Of a stretch of DNA of 64,000 bases, positions 37,689 through 44,995 are shown piece by piece. The position numbers were made by a program, and so were the translations under genes. Under the pieces are notes generated by a model. The model saw only the letters and a program-made list of their open reading frames with translations. It did not search any database and was not told the origin of the DNA. The DNA is from a virus: the IMG/VR virus record IMGVR_UViG_3300045988_158809; one strand, given 5' to 3'. Numbering within the stretch: the first letter of the stretch is position 1; the number at the start of each line of letters is the position of its first letter.

Positions 37689-38144
37689 ATGCAAGTATTC
37701 GTAACATCTACATCGTGTATCGAGACCGCCTCACAGCTCGACAAGAAAAGACTTAACAAACAGATTATAGAAGCCGGACAAATCCTTAAAGCCATAAGAG
37801 GGGAGGGGAAAGGCTGGCACCATCATCCTGCTACCCTGATGTATTCACACCACACGGCATGGCTGGAGCTTTACCGTCTTTGCCTGCAGGCCTACATGTC
37901 CGGCAACACTCAGGAGGCAGAAGCATACAGCCGACAGGCAGACGCGATACGTCCGCCCTTCCTGACAGACAGCCTTTGCGAGCAGCACAGAAAACGCCTG
38001 TTCACCAAAGCTCCGGAGCTATATCCTTTATTCCAGGCGTACGGCACGAGCCGCGAGAACTGGTATATTGTAGATGGCAGATTATTGAGATATATCGACG
38101 GCAAACTTATAAAGAAGCCTATGGAAAATGCCGGAAATCACTGA
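37689..38144 (+). CDS. pyrimidine-dimer DNA glycosylase-like protein (DenV/Pyr_excise-like)
   Basis: 'MQVF....ETASQLDKKRLNKQIIEAGQILKAI..GKGWHHHPATLMY' matches the remembered pattern MQTF..LD..RLGKQRVE..QIL....GW.NHPA..MW. Confidence 0.45.
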   Translation: MQVFVTSTSCIETASQLDKKRLNKQIIEAGQILKAIRGEGKGWHHHPATLMYSHHTAWLELYRLCLQAYMSGNTQEAEAYSRQADAIRPPFLTDSLCEQHRKRLFTKAPELYPLFQAYGTSRENWYIVDGRLLRYIDGKLIKKPMENAGNH

Positions 38145-38151
38145 TTTTTTT
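38118..38151 (+). repeat. gene-end repeat copy overlapping the last 9 codons
   Basis: CCTATGGAAAATGCCGGAAATCACTGATTTTTTT. The gene's stop codon is the TGA of the core. Confidence 0.85.
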
Positions 38152-38229
38152 ATTTATAATCGTGTCGGCAAAAAAAGATTGTAGTGAATACTGATTATAA
38201 TAGAAGTAACAATTAAAAATGTAGATATT

Positions 38230-39006
38230 ATGGGAAAATACGATTTCGATGATTCAATATATGACTATGAAGAAGAATTGTTTTATAACATTCGTTACTC
38301 AGACGATGTGACATTGATAGAAAATGTATCACATCTGCGTCATCACATAAACTGTCATGGCTTTAGTGAAAAATTATATGAGTATCTGAATATGGATTAC
38401 GAACAAATCTGTCAAGTGGTGGAATGCGCCAAAGGATCTATTTCTGTGGCAAGTCTGAGAAAAGATTTTAATGGCGTTATGGCTCCATTGATTGAGGAAA
38501 AACAGCGTAAAGAGGAAGCAATGGCAAAGAATGAAAAACTCATTGCCTGCCTGAAGGACAAAAGAAAAACTATGTGTGGAATAGGGACAAGAAAGCTGAA
38601 ACTGTTCCTTAACAAACTGATAAAGCAAGGTGACACAACAGCAGCTTTATATAGGACAGTACTGGAAGCAGAAGACTTTAATATTAAAGCAAAAGATACC
38701 CGTCTTGATTACAAGGAAAAAGTTTACGAAAAAAAGCATGAAGAAATACACAAACTGATAGAATTATGCCGTGAATATGGAGTCACGTTCGGGAAACAGT
38801 TGTCCGATGTCAGAGATACACGATATGTGGTTTATTTTGAACTGCCAAATATGGAACAAATCAGTTTTCATACGGATTTGATTGATGCCGGTAAGATACC
38901 CGACTATACGAAGGAGTGGGACGGCAAGCGATGTTCCACCCTCGGAAAGATTGAGAATGCCATTAATTTCAGATACAGAGATAGGATTGAAGAAGTCTAT
39001 AAATAA
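38230..39006 (+). CDS. hypothetical protein
   Basis: 258-aa ORF. Confidence 0.55.
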   Translation: MGKYDFDDSIYDYEEELFYNIRYSDDVTLIENVSHLRHHINCHGFSEKLYEYLNMDYEQICQVVECAKGSISVASLRKDFNGVMAPLIEEKQRKEEAMAKNEKLIACLKDKRKTMCGIGTRKLKLFLNKLIKQGDTTAALYRTVLEAEDFNIKAKDTRLDYKEKVYEKKHEEIHKLIELCREYGVTFGKQLSDVRDTRYVVYFELPNMEQISFHTDLIDAGKIPDYTKEWDGKRCSTLGKIENAINFRYRDRIEEVYK

Positions 39007-39089
39007 ATCTGAACCTATATTTATCAGGAATTATAATAATTGTTTCAATCTTATTGAGAAAACGATTAATGCACAGGCTTACAGAGTAG

Positions 39090-39124
39090 CCTATGGAACT
39101 TGACATAAATCACTGATTTTTTTT
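39090..39124 (+). repeat. gene-end repeat copy
   Basis: CCTATGGAACTTGACATAAATCACTGATTTTTTTT. Confidence 0.85.
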
Positions 39125-39137
39125 AAATATTGGAATT

Positions 39138-40088
39138 ATGGAAGAATTAGACAGACAGATAATTGAAATGTACCGTGCAGGCATAAAGGTGTCCGAAATT
39201 TGTCGTACATTGGGCACACACACCCAGAAAGTATATAAGGTGCTCCGAGAAAACAATATCTCGAAGAACGGACGCCGACTGACTCCGGAAGTTATTCAGG
39301 AAATTGCAGAAAAGCTTCGTCAGGATGTGCCATCTACAAAGCTGGCCGAACAGTACGGATGCTCCGTCTGGACCATACACAAGATTATGCGCGAAAACAA
39401 CATACCTATGCAGGTGGGCCGTCCGTGGCATCGCCGCAAAGACAAGCAGGCAGCATCCGCGCCATCTGCTCCCATCCCTGAGTCCTTACAAGCTCCCGAA
39501 ATGCCTGATTCGCTTCGCGCACTGGTCATGGCACCTGAAAACCGTACGTACTTTGCCTGTTTCCACAAAAACAAAAAAGAAGTGTCTTCTGCAGCCGAAG
39601 CGGTAGCCTTTCTGTATTCCGTCATGTCACGCCGTTTCACGCTGTCGTCCGACGACGTGACTCGCATAGAGCAGACATTTGCCCAGCTACAGGCATTCGA
39701 CAAACCGCGCCAGACGCTTGTATGCCCGCTCAGCATAAATGAAAATCTCCGTTTTAAGATTATGCTGGCACCGGAAGTGAACGCGCAGTACAGCGCATTC
39801 CAGAAGGGACGCGACGAGAGTGTGGTGAGATTGAAAAAGACAGACTGGCGGGCTTTTAATCCGGGCATGTACGGCATCTGTATTCCGGTAGGCGTGTATT
39901 CTGAGAATGGCGATGCGGTGAAGTATTACGACTTTAAGGGAGCGGTTCAGGCCGAATGCAAGGAGCAGGCATACGATCGTGCGCTGGATAAGTTGAAGGC
40001 AGAAACCGGTGAAGATCGTTTCAACAGCCTGAAAGTTCCTGGCAAGTACAGCGACAAGGTAAAATTCACTTTCAAGCCTATGGACTGA
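39138..40088 (+). CDS. DNA-binding protein with two N-terminal HTH motifs
   Basis: Duplicated 'IKVSEICRTLGTHTQKVYKVLRENNI' and 'STKLAEQYGCSVWTIHKIMRENNI' (Hin/resolvase-type HTH look). Confidence 0.5.
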   Translation: MEELDRQIIEMYRAGIKVSEICRTLGTHTQKVYKVLRENNISKNGRRLTPEVIQEIAEKLRQDVPSTKLAEQYGCSVWTIHKIMRENNIPMQVGRPWHRRKDKQAASAPSAPIPESLQAPEMPDSLRALVMAPENRTYFACFHKNKKEVSSAAEAVAFLYSVMSRRFTLSSDDVTRIEQTFAQLQAFDKPRQTLVCPLSINENLRFKIMLAPEVNAQYSAFQKGRDESVVRLKKTDWRAFNPGMYGICIPVGVYSENGDAVKYYDFKGAVQAECKEQAYDRALDKLKAETGEDRFNSLKVPGKYSDKVKFTFKPMD

Positions 40089-40134
40089 CAAAAATATCAC
40101 CCTATGGAGTTTTTGAGAAATCACTGATTTTTTT
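40077..40134 (+). repeat. gene-end repeat, tandem doublet overlapping the stop codon
   Basis: CCTATGGACTGACAAAAATATCAC followed by CCTATGGAGTTTTTGAGAAATCACTGATTTTTTT. Confidence 0.85.
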
Positions 40135-40154
40135 GAAACATTCATTCCATTAAA

Positions 40155-40802
40155 ATGAAAAAGAACAGATTGTTTGAAGAGCGTAAAAGAAAAGTGTCCG
40201 CAAAAGCCAAAGAATTGGTCGATTCAGCTTTTAAACGAATTGATGAAGAGCATGAACTTTTAAAGGACAAAAATCTGCCTAAAGAGGATTTATTTCAATC
40301 AATATCTAAAACAACAAACATGAAAAAAGAATTCACATTAGAACAACTCGTAACGATACGCGACGTGTTTGCCGACATGTGCGACAAGCAGATTGAACGC
40401 GGAAAAAGAGATTTGGCAGAAGAATATCTGGACATTGTGAATGTAGTTCAAGCCAAAACAGGATGCGACGAATACGAAAGTCTGGAAGATTTTCAACTTG
40501 ACGAGAGTGGAACTTACGGCTATGCGGAAAAGAGAGAGCTGGACGACCTGGAAGAAGTGGCAGTGGACGAAATGATAGCTTTCGCAAAGTCTTCTGACGA
40601 GCAGCCATGGGAAATACTGAAAGCGAGAGTAAACAATTATCTGGAGGATGTTTCGGCAAACACAGGCATGACCCGTAAGGACACAATAGACCGTAGAACC
40701 ATTTGCATAAACAGGCTAATTATTCATTGTATCCATGCCTGCACCAGCGAAGAATTGAAGCGTCTGGACGGGATAGTAAAAGAACTTGCAGAGAATTTTT
40801 AG
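40155..40802 (+). CDS. hypothetical acidic protein
   Basis: 215-aa ORF. Confidence 0.55.
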   Translation: MKKNRLFEERKRKVSAKAKELVDSAFKRIDEEHELLKDKNLPKEDLFQSISKTTNMKKEFTLEQLVTIRDVFADMCDKQIERGKRDLAEEYLDIVNVVQAKTGCDEYESLEDFQLDESGTYGYAEKRELDDLEEVAVDEMIAFAKSSDEQPWEILKARVNNYLEDVSANTGMTRKDTIDRRTICINRLIIHCIHACTSEELKRLDGIVKELAENF

Positions 40803-40905
40803 CCTATGGGCTCGGAGAAATATCACTCTATGGCATTTGCCAGAAATCACTGATTTTCCCACCTATGATTACGGTAAAAATATTTTACACTAAAATCACG
40901 CAAAA
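40803..40905 (+). repeat. gene-end repeat, tandem doublet plus a degenerate third copy
   Basis: CCTATGGGCTCGGAGAAATATCACT, then CTATGGCATTTGCCAGAAATCACTGATTTT, then CCTATGATTACGG..AAAATCACG. Confidence 0.75.
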
Positions 40906-40971
40906 AAGTCGCTACGAAAACAAAAAATTTCTACCGCGGTAGCAAAAAAACGCCTTCGTAGTCACATAAAA

Positions 40972-41011
40972 AATAAGCATACAGTCCGGTAGTTCTGTAT
41001 GCTTATTTTTT
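40972..41011. terminator. bidirectional rho-independent terminator
   Basis: 13-bp stem AATAAGCATACAG/CTGTATGCTTATT, flanked by an A-run and a T-run, between convergent genes. Confidence 0.8.
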
Positions 41012-41025
41012 ATTCAGATGTCGGT

Positions 41026-41490
41026 TTAAGTCAACTCTCCACCTCCACCGTCTTCACCACCGCCAGACTCTCCGCCGCCACCGGGTGATGTCGGTTCCGT
41101 GTCGGCTTCTTCGTAAGACACGACCGACAGATTACCGATAAATTCACGAAGTTTCTTTCCCGGTTGGAAAAGTATATGTTTGCGTTTTATGGAGTCCACT
41201 GTGGCTGTATCTGCCGTGTCCTGGCTTGCTGCGCTGAAAGTTGGTTTGAAGATACCGAAATCGCCAAGCCTTACGCCGTGACCTTGTTTCATAAACGTAA
41301 TACTTACTTCAATAAGAGCTTCTATAGCTGCATAGACTTCACCGTTATTAAGACGTGATTGTTTAGCGACTTCCTGAAGAATGTCCTCATAGCTGACTGT
41401 GTGGTTTCGCTGTGCGGTAGCCACATACTTTTCTGCTTTAGTCTTGTCGAAAGCAAAAACTCTTTTCTTTACTTTGTAACCTAATGGCAT
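41026..41490 (-). CDS. HU-family DNA-binding protein (Bacteroidales type) with a Gly/Glu-rich tail
   Basis: 'VSYEDILQEVAKQSRLNNGEVYAAIEALIEVSITFMKQGHGVRLGDFGIFKPTF'. ATG at 41490 chosen. Confidence 0.65.
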   Translation of the reverse strand: MPLGYKVKKRVFAFDKTKAEKYVATAQRNHTVSYEDILQEVAKQSRLNNGEVYAAIEALIEVSITFMKQGHGVRLGDFGIFKPTFSAASQDTADTATVDSIKRKHILFQPGKKLREFIGNLSVVSYEEADTEPTSPGGGGESGGGEDGGGGELT

Positions 41491-41642
41491 AATTTTAAGG
41501 TTTAGTTTTTGTGTTTTGTATTGTGCTGCATCTACCGGAATGCGCCATAAAGATAAAAACAATTATCGGAAATGCAAATTTTCGGGGATAAAAAAAGCTG
41601 CTGCATTTATAGGTGCAACAGCTTTTATCAGAGGATATGTAA

Positions 41643-43187
41643 TTATTTTTGAACTATCTCATACTTAATCTTCGCCTTCTCGCCAAATGCAGCTTCCGAA
41701 GCCTGTTCCAGCAGGGGCTTGAAGTTTTCCTGAATATATGTGTAGAAGAATGCGGTAGGCACTTTAATCGTGACTGTACCGCAGCCCGTTCCGCCGTAAT
41801 CGAGAAAGCGTAGCCAGGTGTTATATTCCGTCACGGTGCAGTTGTTCTGAATCACGTCCATGAAGATTTGCCATGCCTGGAGTTCCTTTTCCGTAGGCTG
41901 CGGGGTGGGGGATGCTTCCTTCTCCTCCTGCTGCCCTTTCTGTTCCGGTGGTTCCGGGTGAGCTTCTGGCGTGCGGCTGGTGATGAAGTTCTTCAGCGAG
42001 GTGATGACGTATGCCTTTACTGAGCGCGGCTTGTATCGCTTCACCATATCGCCCAGTTCGAGCACATATTTGCGGAAGTCGTTCACCAGCTCGTCGGGAA
42101 GCATATCCGACAGGCCTTTCACGTCGGTATCGGTCAGCTTGTATTCGGTGCGAAGGAGCGTCCATGCGTCGGCAGGCTGGTTGATGCGCTTGCGCTGCTG
42201 ACGGAGTTCTTCGCCCAGTCCTGAAAGCTTTATCTGGAACTGCAGGTTTTCGGGGTTTCCCCGCTTTGCGCCATTCTTGTATAGCGGCTTGTAATCAAAA
42301 GTAAAGTCCACGAGGTTGTATTCAGAAAGTTCGTCCAGATCTTCCTTTATCGGGTCGAGCACAGTGGAACAGAAACGTGAAAATTTGGGGTAAATGTCCT
42401 TATCCACCTTCACCTTGTTTCCGTTCTTGTCAGTTTCGGTCACTTCCTCTATCAGTCCGAGGTACTTTTTAAGCTCTACAAGGTTGACTGATTTACTGCC
42501 TATATCCTTCCATCGGGTGAGGTAGATGTAGATGGAAGGGGTGCGCTTGCGCCGGCATATACGGGTGATGTGGCGAAGATGGTTCATGTATCCCAGTCCG
42601 TTTCCGAGGTCGCAAAGGTATCTCAGGGTATTAAGCGACATCTGGACTTCCACATAGTTTTCGCGCCGTGTGGTGCTTTTCTTGTATTTGTATGTGCCTC
42701 CGATTTTCTCTTTTTCGGGAATACTGATTTCGGTGAACACATTTGCGAACACGCGCCTTAGCTGACCTGTTTCGGCATCCCGGCGTATGTAAGTGACGGA
42801 CATGTTTTTCAGATTCCCGCACGTTTCCTGAAGGATATGATACGCGTCCGGCTTTACACCTATCGATGCGGTATCTACGCGCAGAGTGACTATCTTGTTT
42901 TCGGTCTGTTTATTGTCTTTCGACTTATCCAGGCACTCCGCAAGGTCGTTTTCTTCTGGCATTCCGAGTTCAGGGAAAAGTACGAGCTGACGCCCGGCAT
43001 TTCCTTTTTTCAGGTATTGGTTGAACTGGTCCTGCAGGGAGTTCATGAGTTCTATCATGATGCTTCGCTCCGTGAGGGTGAAGTCGCCTCCTATCGTGGC
43101 GTAAAGATACGGCTGCTTGATAAATTCACAGTCTTTCAGCTCGCTTACAAGCTGGCTTTTCGGCAGAATATCTTTCTGTTTTTTCAT
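41643..43187 (-). CDS. replication initiator (Rep_3-like) with a DnaA-N-like C-terminal domain
   Basis: N-terminal 'IKQPYLYATIGGDFTLTERSIMIELMNSL' looks like plasmid Rep proteins. C-terminal 'EYNTWLRFLDYGG..VTIKVPTAFFYTYIQENFKPLLEQA' looks like DnaA domain I. Adjacent to the iterons. Confidence 0.55.
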   Translation of the reverse strand: MKKQKDILPKSQLVSELKDCEFIKQPYLYATIGGDFTLTERSIMIELMNSLQDQFNQYLKKGNAGRQLVLFPELGMPEENDLAECLDKSKDNKQTENKIVTLRVDTASIGVKPDAYHILQETCGNLKNMSVTYIRRDAETGQLRRVFANVFTEISIPEKEKIGGTYKYKKSTTRRENYVEVQMSLNTLRYLCDLGNGLGYMNHLRHITRICRRKRTPSIYIYLTRWKDIGSKSVNLVELKKYLGLIEEVTETDKNGNKVKVDKDIYPKFSRFCSTVLDPIKEDLDELSEYNLVDFTFDYKPLYKNGAKRGNPENLQFQIKLSGLGEELRQQRKRINQPADAWTLLRTEYKLTDTDVKGLSDMLPDELVNDFRKYVLELGDMVKRYKPRSVKAYVITSLKNFITSRTPEAHPEPPEQKGQQEEKEASPTPQPTEKELQAWQIFMDVIQNNCTVTEYNTWLRFLDYGGTGCGTVTIKVPTAFFYTYIQENFKPLLEQASEAAFGEKAKIKYEIVQK

Positions 43188-43242
43188 GGGAAAAAGTTTT
43201 ATATTCGATTCGACACTTTATCTGACCTAAGTATTACTGAGG

Positions 43243-43500
43243 TCAGCTTTTCACTTCGCGTATTTCGAAGTGTCTCTCTCCGCTGGTGAAGGTGGATACC
43301 ACGCGCGAGGTATCGTCTTCTATCAGACTGATGAATGACACGCCGAGCACCTGGGCCACTTTCTCCATAAACTCGGTGGTGCAGCTCAGGTGTCCGTTCA
43401 TGCGCTGTGAGAGCGCCACCGGAGTCATTCCGAGTTCCTGGGCAAGTTCTATCTGCGACATGCCTTTTTCTTTCAGAATTTCCTTTATTCTTAATTTCAT
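43243..43500 (-). CDS. XRE-family HTH regulator
   Basis: 'KEKGMSQIELAQELGMTPVALSQRMNG'. First gene of the reverse-strand operon, facing the iterons. Confidence 0.7.
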   Translation of the reverse strand: MKLRIKEILKEKGMSQIELAQELGMTPVALSQRMNGHLSCTTEFMEKVAQVLGVSFISLIEDDTSRVVSTFTSGERHFEIREVKS

Positions 43501-43601
43501 GATGAATGTGTTTTGTTTCCGGCAAAGGTAGAAATAATTTCTAAATAATGAAATATTATTCTGGCATATTTCTATAAATCGAAATTATAAGAAAATATAT
43601 A

Positions 43602-43738
43602 GTTGTAGTAATTTGTACCTTCAGGCTGAAAAGTTGTAGTAAATTGTACTAAATGTTGGGGTAATTTGTACAATAAGTTGTAGTAATTTGTACCAAATGT
43701 TGTAGTAAATTGTCCCTATAGTTGTAGTAATTTGTACC
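43602..43738 (+). repeat. iteron array (6 direct repeats)
   Basis: GTTGTAGTAA(A)TTTGTACC-type 18-mers start at 43602, 43633, 43655, 43677, 43699 and 43721. The last five are spaced exactly 22 bp apart. Confidence 0.85.
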
Positions 43739-43917
43739 GAAGCGTTTTTAATTTGCTGATTTTCAATTATTATTGCATCGTTATATATCTATATCTTATC
43801 ATTTCATATTTAAGCAGAACGAAAGGTATTTATTCTATAAATAATAATCTTTCCTCTTTTCCATATACTATGATGGATATATGATATAGAGAGTTTGTGA
43901 CGGTTGAATTTCAGAAG
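43739..43917. other. AT-rich spacer (candidate DNA unwinding element of the origin)
   Basis: Very AT-rich and ORF-free. Bracketed by oppositely oriented iteron arrays. Confidence 0.5.
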
Positions 43918-43932
43918 GTTACAAATGCGTTT

Positions 43933-44063
43933 GTACAAATTACTACAACATTTGGTACAAAACGCTCAAACATTAGGGGCAAAACGGTGCAACATTACGG
44001 CCAAAATGATACAGCATTAGGGACAAAAAGTTCCAACTATACGGTCACAAAAATAGCAGCCCC
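43933..44063 (-). repeat. second, inverted and degenerate iteron array
   Basis: GTACAAATTACTACAAC is the exact reverse complement of the iteron core. It is followed by about five degenerate units (..GGNCAAAA....CAAC) at 21-22-bp spacing. Confidence 0.7.
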
Positions 44064-44158
44064 GATTCACATCGGAGCTGCATTTCCGCCGGTCGCATCC
44101 GGCATACTGTAATCAATCTAAAATTCAAGTTTTATGCTAATACTCAATTCAGAGTGCA

Positions 44159-44479
44159 TTATCTGTAGTCTACGCAAATAATCGGCTCTCCTGCTACCCC
44201 CGTTATCATACGGAAACCCTGGGCTCCCAGGAGCTCCAGGTAGTTTACCAGCGGGTCGCCAAGCGGACGAGGGTAAGCCTGAAAATACGACCGCAGCCGC
44301 GCTTCATCGAAAATCTCGTCGGCATCGGCTTCGTTGTCGGTATATCTGTATGACTTCACAAATGCTTCCACCTTGTGATAGGAAACGAAGTCGAGCACGC
44401 TGGGGCCCGATTGGGTTTCGGCCTGAGACGGTTCCGAATCGTACTCGTCGCGATCGTATTTTCGTTTAGACTTTCCCAT
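44159..44479 (-). CDS. hypothetical acidic protein
   Basis: 106-aa ORF with a TATATTTG box on its strand at 44524-44531. Confidence 0.5.
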   Translation of the reverse strand: MGKSKRKYDRDEYDSEPSQAETQSGPSVLDFVSYHKVEAFVKSYRYTDNEADADEIFDEARLRSYFQAYPRPLGDPLVNYLELLGAQGFRMITGVAGEPIICVDYR

Positions 44480-44627
44480 TTTTCTAAAGCATTTTACTTA
44501 TGTTGAAGAAATTCTATTGCGTTGCAAATATAGGATATTTTCTTTATCTAAATGCTAAAAACGACAATAAATCTCCTTTATGTTTAAAAATATATACCAA
44601 AACGGTAAACATTTATGAATACTTTTA

Positions 44628-44635
44628 TATATTTG
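44628..44635 (+). promoter_or_regulatory. -7 box TATATTTG (candidate promoter of a small RNA)
   Basis: Matches TAnnTTTG. No well-spaced TTTG at -33. Confidence 0.35.
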
Positions 44636-44716
44636 TGCGCATGAAGGCATCCGTGAGGATATCCAATTCGACTCATTAGTTGGTGAATCGTATTCTTTAT
44701 TTAGGTAACAATTCTT

Positions 44717-44742
44717 CTGCCACGGGAAACCGTGGCAGTTTT
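44717..44742 (+). terminator. rho-independent terminator
   Basis: 9-bp stem CTGCCACGG/CCGTGGCAG with a GAAA tetraloop, then TTTT. Confidence 0.75.
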
Positions 44743-44836
44743 CCGGGTATTAATGATTTGATAATTCTCATTTTCATTACTTGCTGCGCCTTTTGTGAAA
44801 AATGTGCGGCGGTCTTTTTTTATAGTAGCTATACGA

Positions 44837-44868
44837 GGGAAAGAACCGAAAGATTCTTTCCCTTTTTT
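44837..44868 (+). terminator. rho-independent terminator
   Basis: 9-bp stem GGGAAAGAA/TTCTTTCCC with an 8-nt loop, then T6. Confidence 0.75.
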
Positions 44869-44953
44869 GTGAAAAAACGGCTCAAATGGTATATTAACTT
44901 TTTGTAATGCCCAAAAACATAAAAAATAATATACCATTTTGGTATAGATTCTT

Positions 44954-44961
44954 TATCTTTG
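44954..44961 (+). promoter_or_regulatory. -7 box TATCTTTG upstream of 44996
   Basis: Matches TAnnTTTG. Flanked by ATACC..GGTAT inverted repeats at 44931-44945 and 44982-44992. Confidence 0.4.
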
Positions 44962-44995
44962 TAGCAAAATTTAAAATATTAATACCGGGTATGTA

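Noticed and set aside
32428-40905. Possibility that the repeated 34-nt element is a CRISPR array.
   Set aside because: The spacing is irregular (about 250-950 bp), the intervals contain full protein-coding genes, and no cas genes are present. The repeats are gene-boundary elements, not CRISPR repeats.
43602-43738. Possibility that the 22-bp-phased repeats are a mini-CRISPR or a satellite.
   Set aside because: The units are contiguous 18-mers with 4-nt gaps, mirrored by an inverted array across an AT-rich gap, and adjacent to a Rep gene. This is the classic iteron origin architecture.
43897-44112. 71-aa + strand ORF.
   Set aside because: It lies entirely within the inverted, 22-bp-phased iteron array of the origin. 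Its periodic sequence is explained by the repeats.
44680-44907. 75-aa + strand ORF and the overlapping 78-aa minus-strand ORF.
   Set aside because: They span two strong intrinsic terminators in an otherwise ORF-free regulatory region.
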